In this document: positions 1 through 8,595 of the stretch, one piece after another
How the letters are laid out: each line of letters starts with the position of its first letter
Position numbering within the stretch: the stretch's first letter is position 1
From: a virus
Taxonomy: Duplodnaviria; Caudoviricetes
Length of the DNA stretch: 25,183 bases
Direction: 5' to 3' (one strand)
IMG/VR virus record: IMGVR_UViG_3300037484_000048
Location: 1-25,183 of that record
Made by a program: the position numbers and the translations under genes
The notes under the pieces: generated by a model
Database searches by the model: none
Told to the model about the DNA's origin: nothing
Seen by the model: only the letters and a program-made list of their open reading frames with translations

Positions 1-3000
1 CGTAGGGATCCGAGTAGGGGGTTCTTCCGGTCACCAGGATCTTGGTTGATCTGAGCGAACACCCAACGCTGGAAGGCTGCCGAACTCTTGGCTGCCGAGA
101 TCGCCCCACCGGCGGCAAGCGGCCGGAGGATGGCGCGCTGCCCGCCGCGTACATACCGGTTGACTACCGGACCCTGATTGCCACCAACAGTGTCGTATCC
201 ACCGGCGGCCTTCTTGACAATGATGTTGATGTGGCTCGGGGCATACGTAGCAAGGTCACCGGGCCTGCCTTCCCCGAGCCCGACATGACGCATGGCGCTC
301 TCATAGCCAGCCACAGCGGCAGTCGGGTACCCCCGGTACTTCTTACTCGCCTTAGCGTCGTGGATGGCCGTGCTTGCGAACAGGGCACACCAGGGGGTAC
401 CTGAAGGCCAGCCCCATTCACGCGTGAACCGGTTGTTATTGTCTACGCCTCTGTCATCGCCTTGACCGACGTACTTGAGTGCGGCCTTGACGACACCGGA
501 TCCGTCTCCCCCATAGCTTGACCCGAATGCTTTGAACAGAGACAGCGCGTAGTCGCGTGCCTTGTTCATGATCAGTTTGGGGATCTCGGCTGCTGCTACT
601 CCCCATGGCGAATCGCGTAGACCTTCAGATCCCGGTACGAATTGCTTGACCAATTTATCCCAGATGGCACCGGGATTCGTGATCAGAGACAGCGCGTCCT
701 TACCGAGGTTCACAGCCTTACTCGCGAACTTCTTTACCGTCCCGATGATCCCGCCGAACTGAAGCATCTGAAGATTGCCGCCAGCCGCTTGCCAGAGAGC
801 AGATGCACGAGCGCGGTACTTGGGATCAGTCGGGATCACGTACTCGGGATACGAACTGTTGCCTTCCCCCACAATGGCAGTCGGCTTGTTGAACACACCA
901 GGCTTAACCGGCATCGGGCCACCTTGCGCCAGTTGCGGCAGCGTGTTCAGCTTCAGGTTACCGGGAAGGTGAAGCCATCCCATTACCTTGTTCCAGAGGC
1001 CAACGATGCCCCGGTTGTATACGGTCCCAATGACAAAGTTGATCGGCTTCTTGGTATAGTCCTGAACCTTTACCCACGCCGATCGGATGGCGTTAGCACC
1101 GGAACCGAATGCCCTGCCGACCAACCCCATACCTTGCTTGATACGGCTGAAGTACCCATTGATCTTATTCCAGCCTGTAGAGATCGCGCCGGTTACGCCA
1201 CTCCATACGTTTTTGGCGATCCCTAGCCAGATCTTGAATCCGGAACCGAGTAGCACGAGCCCCTTGCCAAGGAAGCTGAACACCGGCTTGAGTATGCGGT
1301 CCCACATGTATTTGCCACCGGCGGCAACCGCACGGAATGCGGCATCAACGATCTTCTTAAACGTGTCCGACTTCTTGTACGCGATGACTATAGCCGCAAC
1401 CAATGCCGCAATCGCAATGATCACAATCGCAATCGGGTTGGCACTCATGACGGCATTCCATGCCAGCGTGACGACAGTCCAGATCTTTGTCATCGCGATA
1501 GCACCCTTTTGCACGGCCGTCATCGTGATAGTGCGCGCGGTGCTGAGCGCGGTTGCTACAGCCTGCCGACCGAACGCCAATGAGGCTGTGGCAGCCGCAC
1601 GAGCCGCGCTCAGAGTCGCTGTGGCAGCCGTACGAGCACCGGCGGCCGAAGCGTTGAAGGCCGTACGGACCTTGCCCCCGATCGTCCCCAGTCGGCCACT
1701 GAACGCGCTTGAGGCAGCGTCCGCAGACCTGAAGCCGGACGTGAACCGGCCAATGCCCTGAGCCGTAGCCGCCAGCCCTCTACCGGCACCGACAATCCCC
1801 GAGATACCTGTCTTGACAGCACCAACGGCTACTGATCCAACCTTTGCCGCAATGCCGATACCGACCAGGGGGACGGCTGCCGCTGCTAGTCCGCCACCTG
1901 AAACCCCCGCTGTGGTGAACGCTTTAGACAGGTTCTCCATGACGGGAATGACTCGGTCAGCTATGACCGTAACCACATTCGTTTGGAGCGTGCGCTTGAA
2001 TGACTCGAATCGGGCAGCCGCATTGTCCCCGAGCGCGGCATTCGCTTTGTCCGTAGCTCCCTTGAACGTGGTCATCTTCTTGGTTGCTTCTGAAGGGTCA
2101 AGCTTGAATAGCGCCGCTCCCAAGTCCTCAGCTTGCGTACCGAATAGCGCAGTAGCAATACGTGCCTGATCAGCAGGATTCTTAACCGCGCGTAGTTTGT
2201 CTAGGGTGAGGTCAAGCGCAGCGTTCGCCTTAGGTCCACCACCGGCGATATCTTTCTGCATCTTTGCACCGCTAAGCCCAAGGTTCTTGAATGCTCCGTT
2301 AGCCGCCTCACTATTCTCAATCGCGCGAATGCTGAATTCCTTGATCGCATCCGCCACAATGTCAGCGTCTCTCGCACCACCCTTGAGGCCCTGCTGAATA
2401 ATGCCGGTAGCTTGCGCCGCATCAATGCCCATTTTACGGAACTGAGTTCCGTACTCGTTGAAGGTATCGAGTAGGTCATCGGACGCGTTGGCACCCCGTT
2501 GCGCACCAACTGTGAGGATGTCGAAAGCCTCTTCTGCGGACTTAGCCAGACCAGTACGCATGAGCTGAGAGACGGCCTTAGTCACGTCTCCGACATCCGC
2601 ATTCATGACCTGGCCAACGGTGATAGCCCGCTGTGTCATCGCCTCAAGTGCGGAACTACTTTCATCCCGCATGCCGCCCATGTTTTGGATAACGGAAGTG
2701 ATCGCCCCGTTGACCTCTTCCATGTTCTCGCCATAAGCACCCGAGAACAGCTTTCCAGCCACACCGCCGATGCGCTTTGACTCTTCTGCGGTCAGGCCCA
2801 ACTGAGCCTGTAGCTTGCTACGTCCCGCACCAACGTCCAGTGCCGCAGTGAAGCCGTCCGAGAGAGCACCGGCAGCTTGCTCCCCTACGGCAGCGATGGC
2901 AACACCGGCGGCTACCTTCAGCGAGTCTTTCAGCCCTTCCCCGAACCGGCGGCCGGTCTCCTGTCCGAGCCCTTCAGGGTCTGATGATCTACGGGCAGCG

Positions 3001-3137
3001 TCTTGGAAGTCATCCCCGAACTGATTACCAGGACGCGTACCGGCACCCTGTAGCCCGCGCTCTGCTTCCCGCCGGAAGTCGGATGTGTCAGGACGGAGAC
3101 GGATAAAGGCACTAGCGAGCGGGGTACCACTGGCCAT
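1..3137 (-). CDS. Tape measure protein (3' end outside the window) with a CHAP/NlpC-P60-like peptidoglycan hydrolase domain
   Basis: Absent from the ORF track, consistent with no stop inside the window. ATG at 3137 overlaps the upstream TAA (TAATG). Manual translation of segments gives MASGTPLASAFIRLRP, a TP901-type core (DDLLDTFNEYGTQFRKMG...ARDADIVADAIKEFSIR), Ala/Ile/Trp-rich helical repeats, YATGG, then PWCALFAS...RPGDL...SHINII...TVGGNQG. It follows the tail chaperones. Confidence 0.93.
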   Translation of the reverse strand, partial: MASGTPLASAFIRLRPDTSDFRREAERGLQGAGTRPGNQFGDDFQDAARRSSDPEGLGQETGRRFGEGLKDSLKVAAGVAIAAVGEQAAGALSDGFTAALDVGAGRSKLQAQLGLTAEESKRIGGVAGKLFSGAYGENMEEVNGAITSVIQNMGGMRDESSSALEAMTQRAITVGQVMNADVGDVTKAVSQLMRTGLAKSAEEAFDILTVGAQRGANASDDLLDTFNEYGTQFRKMGIDAAQATGIIQQGLKGGARDADIVADAIKEFSIRAIENSEAANGAFKNLGLSGAKMQKDIAGGGPKANAALDLTLDKLRAVKNPADQARIATALFGTQAEDLGAALFKLDPSEATKKMTTFKGATDKANAALGDNAAARFESFKRTLQTNVVTVIADRVIPVMENLSKAFTTAGVSGGGLAAAAVPLVGIGIAAKVGSVAVGAVKTGISGIVGAGRGLAATAQGIGRFTSGFRSADAASSAFSGRLGTIGGKVRTAFNASAAGARTAATATLSAARAAATASLAFGRQAVATALSTARTITMTAVQKGAIAMTKIWTVVTLAWNAVMSANPIAIVIIAIAALVAAIVIAYKKSDTFKKIVDAAFRAVAAGGKYMWDRILKPVFSFLGKGLVLLGSGFKIWLGIAKNVWSGVTGAISTGWNKINGYFSRIKQGMGLVGRAFGSGANAIRSAWVKVQDYTKKPINFVIGTVYNRGIVGLWNKVMGWLHLPGNLKLNTLPQLAQGGPMPVKPGVFNKPTAIVGEGNSSYPEYVIPTDPKYRARASALWQAAGGNLQMLQFGGIIGTVKKFASKAVNLGKDALSLITNPGAIWDKLVKQFVPGSEGLRDSPWGVAAAEIPKLIMNKARDYALSLFKAFGSSYGGDGSGVVKAALKYVGQGDDRGVDNNNRFTREWGWPSGTPWCALFASTAIHDAKASKKYRGYPTAAVAGYESAMRHVGLGEGRPGDLATYAPSHINIIVKKAAGGYDTVGGNQGPVVNRYVRGGQRAILRPLAAGGAISAAKSSAAFQRWVFAQINQDPGDRKNPLLGSL

Positions 3138-3900
3138 TACCTCATCCCCTTAATCATGGCGATCACGATCTTTTCATTGCGCGTTTGCTCGGGACTGAGC
3201 GGCGCATTGAGTTCGTTAAGGAACTCGTCTATGTCCTCTTGCGTGTCCATGTCGTCTATTCGCATGGCGTACACAAGATTGCACGCTTGCCGGGGGGTTA
3301 GCCCAAGGATGCCAGTTTGCCGAGTTCCGACACCTTCACTAGCCCTGCCCGCTGTCCGGATGAGGTATCCGTCGTAGTACCCGACGTTGGCGGCGATTGC
3401 GGAGAGAAGTCGGATTGCGGCAGGGTAGGGTTTGCGGTCAGCAGTTCTGTCGTCTGCTGAATCACTTCCATGAGATCGTCGGTGTCCGCCTTGATCTCTT
3501 TGGAGTACCGGCGGAAGGCGTCCCATTCTTCCGGGTCGATACAGTCCATGAGCATCTCATAGATTGCCGCCATGGATGACATGTCGCTTGTGGACATGCC
3601 AGAGTTCGCATGAAACGCGAACTCGATAAGGGGCATGAGCCCCACACGATCAGCGATACGGAACTGCCTGCCTTCCTTGGCGGAGTCCGGCGCGTGCTCG
3701 TACCGGGTCCGTAGAGTGACCCGACGTGCCAGCGTCTTGCCGTCCGTGATGACGTTGACTCCGGCACCCATGGCCTGAAGCCGGATCGCCTCATTCTCTG
3801 CGATCTGTTCCGGGGTGCTCTCGGGAACCACTTCCCGAACACCGTTCCGGTAGTCGTCCGGCAGAAGCCTCAAGGCTTCCCTTGCATTGACCTGATCCAT
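3137..3900 (-). CDS. Tail assembly chaperone, long form made by a -1 programmed frameshift (about 254 aa)
   Basis: Slippery heptamer A_AAC_CCT (X_XXY_YYZ) at 3427-3433. The -1 frame reads PYPAAIRLLSAIAANVGYYDGYLIR...LTPRQACNLVYAM and its stop overlaps the tape measure start. Confidence 0.72.
3298..3900 (-). CDS. Tail assembly chaperone, short form (200 aa)
   Basis: Lies between the major tail and tape measure genes. GGGAGA RBS precedes ATG 3900 (MDQVNAR). Helical acidic body with a Ser/Thr/Pro-rich tail after NPT. Confidence 0.82.
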   Translation of the reverse strand: MDQVNAREALRLLPDDYRNGVREVVPESTPEQIAENEAIRLQAMGAGVNVITDGKTLARRVTLRTRYEHAPDSAKEGRQFRIADRVGLMPLIEFAFHANSGMSTSDMSSMAAIYEMLMDCIDPEEWDAFRRYSKEIKADTDDLMEVIQQTTELLTANPTLPQSDFSPQSPPTSGTTTDTSSGQRAGLVKVSELGKLASLG

Positions 3901-3920
3901 ATCCGTCTCCCTAAGAGATA

Positions 3921-3983
3921 CCCGTTCGCCGTACGAACGGGATGAACCACCCGAGCCCAACCGGCGATGCGCACGCCAGCCGG
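3921..3983 (-). promoter_or_regulatory. Tandem RNA hairpins between the major tail and chaperone genes
   Basis: CCGGCUGGCG/CGCCGGUUGG (3957-3983, G-U pairs on the minus strand) and a perfect 8 bp stem CCCGUUCG/CGAACGGG (3921-3941). Confidence 0.5.
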
Positions 3984-3996
3984 ACTAGAGAACGTG

Positions 3997-4578
3997 CTAG
4001 CCGCGTGCGACTCCGGCGAACCATTGCCGGAACGGGGGAAGTCCAGACGGCTTCTCTGCCCGGTACTCAACCGGGATGGTTGCGTTTGCGGCACCCTTCT
4101 TGCGCGACATCTTGACGTCCCCGATTTGGAACGTCTGGAAGAGGATGAGTCGCTCAGTCGAGTCCTGGGATTCCCATCCGATCATGGCGCGCACTTCGGC
4201 CCCGACTTCCGGCGGGTCGTACTGAGTGAGCAGGGTAGCGCCCGCACCGGTCGGCGTGGTCGTACCGCCATTGAGAGCGCGCTTCAGGTTGGTTGCGTGC
4301 ACCTGAGCCAGGTCGAACACAATGGAGATCTCACGACCAGTGCTCACGACAGCAACGGGGTCGTAGTACTCAGCCACTTCCACGTCATCGGTTGCGGGCT
4401 TGTACGAGAACTCCGTACCGTCTGCGGTTGCTCCGAAAAGCAGCCACGCGCCAGGCCACGTGTCCGTGAACTTGGATCCGGCGACTGTGTTGGTGGGGAC
4501 CGTGCTAAGCAACGGTGCCCAGTAGAGAAAGCCCGGACCTAGCGCAATGGCGTCAATCGGGACTGTTACAGCTGGCAT
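3997..4578 (-). CDS. Major tail (tube) protein
   Basis: 193 aa with AGAAAGGA RBS. Motifs IALGPGFLYWAP and W..FGAT.DG.EFSY, beta-rich composition, and position between tail terminator and chaperone. Confidence 0.88.
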   Translation of the reverse strand: MPAVTVPIDAIALGPGFLYWAPLLSTVPTNTVAGSKFTDTWPGAWLLFGATADGTEFSYKPATDDVEVAEYYDPVAVVSTGREISIVFDLAQVHATNLKRALNGGTTTPTGAGATLLTQYDPPEVGAEVRAMIGWESQDSTERLILFQTFQIGDVKMSRKKGAANATIPVEYRAEKPSGLPPFRQWFAGVARG

Positions 4579-4621
4579 ACCCTATTCCTTTCTTGCCGCC
4601 AAGCGGCACCATTTATCCGTC

Positions 4622-5032
4622 CTAGACGGATAGCCAGAAATCAGCGTCCACTAGATATCGGAACTCTTCTCGTGTGGTCAGATGATCGTCTAGGGGTAGC
4701 GGACCGGTTATGTTGTCCACTACCAGGATCTTGTAATCCCCGGCTTGTTCAGGTGCGCCCTTCAGGGATTCCAGCACGTTCGCGTAAGCCACAGCGGCAG
4801 CGCTGGCTACCTGCTTTGTCCGGCCGTGAATCGTGGCCGAGATCCTTGCTCGGCCTACTGATCTCTCAGCTGTCAAGTCAATGGGGGTGCCAACGGCGAT
4901 GATGAATGCGTAGCATCCTTCAGAACGCGAGTGCTTCAGCAATGCCCCACGCGTCAAGGGTCGATTAGGCCCGGACAGATCAGTCCTGTTACTAATCCAT
5001 CTGGACACAATGCCTTCAACGTCAAGGGCCAT
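4622..5032 (-). CDS. Tail terminator / tail completion protein (136 aa)
   Basis: Start re-assigned to MALDVEGIV, 1 nt after the upstream stop. Typical size and position, with ARISATIHG..K..A...A and a C-terminal RY.VD pattern. Confidence 0.7.
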   Translation of the reverse strand: MALDVEGIVSRWISNRTDLSGPNRPLTRGALLKHSRSEGCYAFIIAVGTPIDLTAERSVGRARISATIHGRTKQVASAAAVAYANVLESLKGAPEQAGDYKILVVDNITGPLPLDDHLTTREEFRYLVDADFWLSV

Positions 5033-5033
5033 G

Positions 5034-5474
5034 TCACATCGCCCTAATGTCGTCAAGGGCTGGACGTAGATGGGGCTGTGCTTGCGTGCCAGGGTGGTGT
5101 ACTTCCCTGCCGAACACTTGCCCCGTCTTCCTGTTGCGGAGCGGGTACGGGCCATGTGAGCGGATGATGTGAGCAGCCGTACCGACTTCCACACCCCACA
5201 TGTACGGATATCCGTTCGGAGTCGTGGCCGGTGAACTGATATCGACAAACAGACCCTCTGAGTCTGTGCCTATCTGCCAGCCGATTTGCGAACGGCCGTA
5301 ACCGGATGGCCTGCCGTTCGATCCGTCCGGCGACGTGGGAGCGCGGCGCTTGGCACCTTGGGCACCGACTTCCCCACATCTGGCCAGATGCCTACCAACC
5401 GGCCCGTGTACCGAGTTGAGTACGACGTTGAACACGGGGTCATCCCAGATGATCCGGCCGCCGGTAGCCATCAC
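5034..5474 (-). CDS. HK97 gp10-like neck / tail completion protein
   Basis: AKRRAP...SG..R..I, Y...VEVGT..H.I and VHHPGTQAQPHLRPAL motifs. GTGA overlap with the upstream gene. Confidence 0.82.
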   Translation of the reverse strand: MMATGGRIIWDDPVFNVVLNSVHGPVGRHLARCGEVGAQGAKRRAPTSPDGSNGRPSGYGRSQIGWQIGTDSEGLFVDISSPATTPNGYPYMWGVEVGTAAHIIRSHGPYPLRNRKTGQVFGREVHHPGTQAQPHLRPALDDIRAM

Positions 5475-5698
5475 GTCACCTGTTCAGGGTGTGCATGCTC
5501 TAGCCGCCACAGAATGCCCTGAATCGTCGCCAGAGCCTCTGTCGCGTCCGGGGTCATGTGCTCGTACACGTCCGGGGTCAACAGGGTACAGAAGCGCGCT
5601 AGGGCGGCTGCCAGCCCTAGTACAGGTTCCATGTCCACAAGCCATACCTTGACCTCACTCGGTACAGCTTGCCCCTGAAGATCTTCCGGCCGATGCAC
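5471..5698 (-). CDS. Hypothetical protein (75 aa) in the head-tail module
   Basis: Fills the gap between neighbouring genes with a 2 nt spacer and a 4 nt overlap. No recognisable motif. Confidence 0.55.
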   Translation of the reverse strand: MHRPEDLQGQAVPSEVKVWLVDMEPVLGLAAALARFCTLLTPDVYEHMTPDATEALATIQGILWRLEHAHPEQVT

Positions 5699-5700
5699 GG

Positions 5701-6024
5701 TTATTCGTCCTTCGCGCTCGTGGTGCTCTTGCGTGCCGTTGACTTGGCGGCAACGGGCTGATCAGGAACGGGTACGACGGCTGAGTCCTGAAGGCGGGCA
5801 GGGATCTCGCCACGCTTGAGAACCGGCGTCTCGTCTTCGCTCGCATGATCCCCTTCCGGGTTGTAGAGATCCTTGTGGATGACAAGACCGGCGTCCAGCC
5901 AGCCGTACTCTTCCACCGTTTCCTCCGGCACCGGATCCCCGGTGTGGAACGCCGTTACCGTCCCGGTGTAGATCTCTTCCAGGGCCACGTACGCGTACGC
6001 GTCTTCTGCCCGATGGCTGTTCAT
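5701..6024 (-). CDS. Hypothetical virion-module protein with a low-complexity tail
   Basis: TAATG coupling with the upstream gene and an AGGA RBS. Short G-D-x-V-P domain followed by a Pro/Lys/Thr-rich tail. Confidence 0.75.
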   Translation of the reverse strand: MNSHRAEDAYAYVALEEIYTGTVTAFHTGDPVPEETVEEYGWLDAGLVIHKDLYNPEGDHASEDETPVLKRGEIPARLQDSAVVPVPDQPVAAKSTARKSTTSAKDE

Positions 6025-6458
6025 TAGATGTCCGTCCTATCTCCGTACCACACTGGTTCAGGGAATGCCCAGTTCGGGCTATGGCTTTCGGTGCCGGACC
6101 CTTCTTGGTCGGCTGCCTCTTTGAACAAACCCCATTCGTACAGAGCCCGTTCATTCAAGTCACGGTAGTAATTCGCATCGGCATTGCGCTCGGGATAGGC
6201 AAGCTCAATATCGGCAGCCGCTCGCCACATCGCAGCATTCTTAGCCGCCGGTTCTAGTGCCACGCTGATAGCGACTGGGATAGCCAGGACCACATCAGCA
6301 ACCGCATGATCAATGATCGGTTGAGCTTGCTCCGCTGTGGGACGCGTGTCCGCTGTGAACGTATTCACGTAGTCATCGGTACCCGGAAGGTTGACGTTCA
6401 CCGTTCGGGTAGGGATGCATCCCGCTACGTCCACAAGGCTCGGTGCCCACGCTGGCAT
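6024..6458 (-). CDS. Head-to-tail adaptor (SPP1 gp15-like)
   Basis: 144 aa helical protein with FT..TRPT..QA..II..A...V and AA..IEL.YPE patterns typical of actinophage adaptors. Located downstream of the capsid genes. Confidence 0.72.
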   Translation of the reverse strand: MPAWAPSLVDVAGCIPTRTVNVNLPGTDDYVNTFTADTRPTAEQAQPIIDHAVADVVLAIPVAISVALEPAAKNAAMWRAAADIELAYPERNADANYYRDLNERALYEWGLFKEAADQEGSGTESHSPNWAFPEPVWYGDRTDI

Positions 6459-6461
6459 TGG

Positions 6462-6788
6462 CTAGACCTCGGTCCCCGTTACTCCGGCGCAGTCCGACCA
6501 CACCGAATTGATCACGAATTGGATTTCGCCGTCATCACTGGCCGGACTGATGACAGGGTTCGTGATAGCTGCCCACACGAACATGCGCTGAAGGTCTTCC
6601 GCCGGAGTGCCTACCCCGCCGGTCGTGATCATCTTGGTTGCCAGAATTTGCCGCTTGTTGAACTCGCCGGATGTCATGACACCCTGAGCCTCACCCTGAA
6701 CAGCCACAGCGGCAATCATCGTGGCGACATGGACCCGCTTACGGAAAAGCGAGTCCTGCACATACGAGTACTGTTCCTGGAAGGTCAC
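6462..6788 (-). CDS. Hypothetical protein (108 aa), probably structural
   Basis: GTGA overlap with the upstream gene. Ends ASDDGEIQFVINSVWSDCAGV. Confidence 0.75.
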   Translation of the reverse strand: MTFQEQYSYVQDSLFRKRVHVATMIAAVAVQGEAQGVMTSGEFNKRQILATKMITTGGVGTPAEDLQRMFVWAAITNPVISPASDDGEIQFVINSVWSDCAGVTGTEV

Positions 6789-7165
6789 GCCAGCCCCGGA
6801 ACGATGAAGGCCGCACAGAGTTGGGTCGTGATCGCGCCAGAGTAGGTGACTGCGATCAGCCCCTTATTCACCCCGCCTTGATCGAACCGGCCATCGTTCT
6901 TGACCAGCACCCTCTGTTCGTCGGTGGCTGCCAGGACGATTGTCGGATTCTTGTCATCGCCGTAGTTGCTCGGGACTACCGAGTCAATGGTGACGGTGAT
7001 CACCGTACCAACGGTCTTGAAAACCAGTACGGTTCCCAGTCCACCAAGAGGGAACGTATCCCCGCCGGTAGTGCACGCGGCGAAACCGGATGACTGGCCT
7101 ACGCCGGTCAGTCCGGTGAATGCATTGTTCAGCACCGTAACAACGGGTGCCGGTTGAAGTGCCAT
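6785..7165 (-). CDS. Hypothetical beta-rich Gly/Thr/Val-rich virion protein (126 aa)
   Basis: Strong AGAAAGGAG RBS. Composition suggests an all-beta structural protein. Confidence 0.78.
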   Translation of the reverse strand: MALQPAPVVTVLNNAFTGLTGVGQSSGFAACTTGGDTFPLGGLGTVLVFKTVGTVITVTIDSVVPSNYGDDKNPTIVLAATDEQRVLVKNDGRFDQGGVNKGLIAVTYSGAITTQLCAAFIVPGLA

Positions 7166-7195
7166 GAACCTATCTCCTTTCTTCTAAGGGGTGAC

Positions 7196-7255
7196 CCGGT
7201 ACCGCAACGAGTGACTAGACGGAAGCCTTATCACTGGCGCATATCGCGATACCGG
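7196..7255 (-). promoter_or_regulatory. Long intergenic RNA stem-loop
   Basis: CCGGUAUCGCGAU pairs with GUUGCGGUACCGG and encloses AGUGAU-A-AGGC-UUCC-GUCU-A-GUCACU. Several G-U pairs work only on the transcribed strand. Confidence 0.5.
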
Positions 7256-7263
7256 ACCAGGTG

Positions 7264-7611
7264 CTACCCCTTGAATCGGTCCATGAGCGCCGTCTTGGAC
7301 ATGTTGTCTGCCTCGCTCCGAGTGAGCCGCTTGGCGTTCCGCTCGTCAGAGGCATAGGCGACCCATGCCTCTTTGCTGTCCCCCGGTGCGGGCTTCAGAA
7401 GCAAGTCATCTTCATCGGGCGTGACCGCGTCGGCAGGCTCGGGAACTTCCACCGTTTCCCGAGCCACGACAGCACCGATGTTCATGAGCACTCCGAGTTG
7501 TCCGGCGTCCACACCATCGGGTACGTAATCGCCCCGATTGAGAATGGTTGCGGTACCGTCCGCGTCGAACACGTTCATCTTGGTCCATACGACCTGGTGA
7601 ACCATTGCCAT
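7264..7611 (-). CDS. Hypothetical capsid-adjacent protein with a short C-terminal helical (HeH/LEM-like) motif
   Basis: Follows the major capsid gene. C-terminus KPAPGDSKEAWVAYA...ADNMSKTALMDRF resembles motifs common at this position in actinophages. Confidence 0.75.
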   Translation of the reverse strand: MAMVHQVVWTKMNVFDADGTATILNRGDYVPDGVDAGQLGVLMNIGAVVARETVEVPEPADAVTPDEDDLLLKPAPGDSKEAWVAYASDERNAKRLTRSEADNMSKTALMDRFKG

Positions 7612-7623
7612 GGTCGGTGCCCC

Positions 7624-8559
7624 TTACGCGAGACCGGTACCGGTGATGACACATCCGGCACCTGGTTCCAGCACTACAGGCACAACGGGACGCCTTCCCC
7701 GCACGAGCCATTGGTCGTTGGCGTCCGGGTCGCGTCGAGTCCACGACTCGACACCGTTCGCCGGATCACCGTTGTACTCCGGCGATTCGATGTTCTCGTA
7801 AGCCAGGCCACCGAGCATCGTGGAATCCAGCACGATTGCCTTGACACCAACGGGCATGTTGTTTGTCGCGAGAGGGATCAGTCCGGCGATCGAAAGGAAC
7901 TCGCCGGTTTCGGTCGGGGTGCTGCCGCGTGACTCACGTGTCATTCCCGCCAAGAGGTTTCTGTCGGCCACGATGCGCGCGTAACCTTCATCGGTCGTGA
8001 TCAGGTAATCGGGCTCGTACCCCTGATCGAGTGCAACGATCTTCGCGACGGCAAGCTCAATGTCGAGAAGGATGTTCGCCGTTGCCGTAGTCGGCCACGT
8101 CGCGACGGCAGCCTGAGTTGCCGTGACGGCTGCCGCAATGGCAGCCAGACCGAGCGAGTCAACCTGACGAATCAGGTAGTTGGTCACCTTCAGGAGGGAC
8201 TTGTTCACAGCGGTCAGCCCGAACCGCGTGATGTGCTCGTCTGTGATGGGGACGTCCTGCCCCCACTTGGTCACAGAGGCCAGGGCCGCCGGTCCCGGTG
8301 CCGCACTGGCACGCGGGTACTCAGAACCGGCGTTGACGGCTTCAGGGGCTCGGCTGGTGTACTGGGATTCGCTCTGCTCATAGAGCAGCGAACCGCCCTG
8401 AACCTGGAACCGGCCGGACAGTACGACATCCGCAATGAAGCGGTTGAGCGCCAGATCCCGAATGCGTCGCTGAACCTGAGCCGGAGCATTCAGGAAACGA
8501 CTGATCGTGATGTTGTCGCCGGTGATCGTCGGCGCTGCCGGTGGGTAAACGTGCGGCAT
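7624..8559 (-). CDS. Major capsid protein (HK97 fold)
   Basis: 311 aa with AGAAAGGA RBS. Motifs V.AGSEYP, KWG....ITDE, GYEPD and a C-terminal P.V.EP.A...ITG. Follows the scaffold and decoration genes. Confidence 0.92.
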   Translation of the reverse strand: MPHVYPPAAPTITGDNITISRFLNAPAQVQRRIRDLALNRFIADVVLSGRFQVQGGSLLYEQSESQYTSRAPEAVNAGSEYPRASAAPGPAALASVTKWGQDVPITDEHITRFGLTAVNKSLLKVTNYLIRQVDSLGLAAIAAAVTATQAAVATWPTTATANILLDIELAVAKIVALDQGYEPDYLITTDEGYARIVADRNLLAGMTRESRGSTPTETGEFLSIAGLIPLATNNMPVGVKAIVLDSTMLGGLAYENIESPEYNGDPANGVESWTRRDPDANDQWLVRGRRPVVPVVLEPGAGCVITGTGLA

Positions 8560-8595
8560 ATCCGTATTCCTTTCTGTTCCGTTTTACCGGAACGG

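Noticed and set aside
42-3024. Many plus-strand ORFs (e.g. 642-1226, 1087-1761) over the tape measure
   Set aside because: Antisense shadows of a GC-rich minus-strand gene, with no motifs or RBS support.
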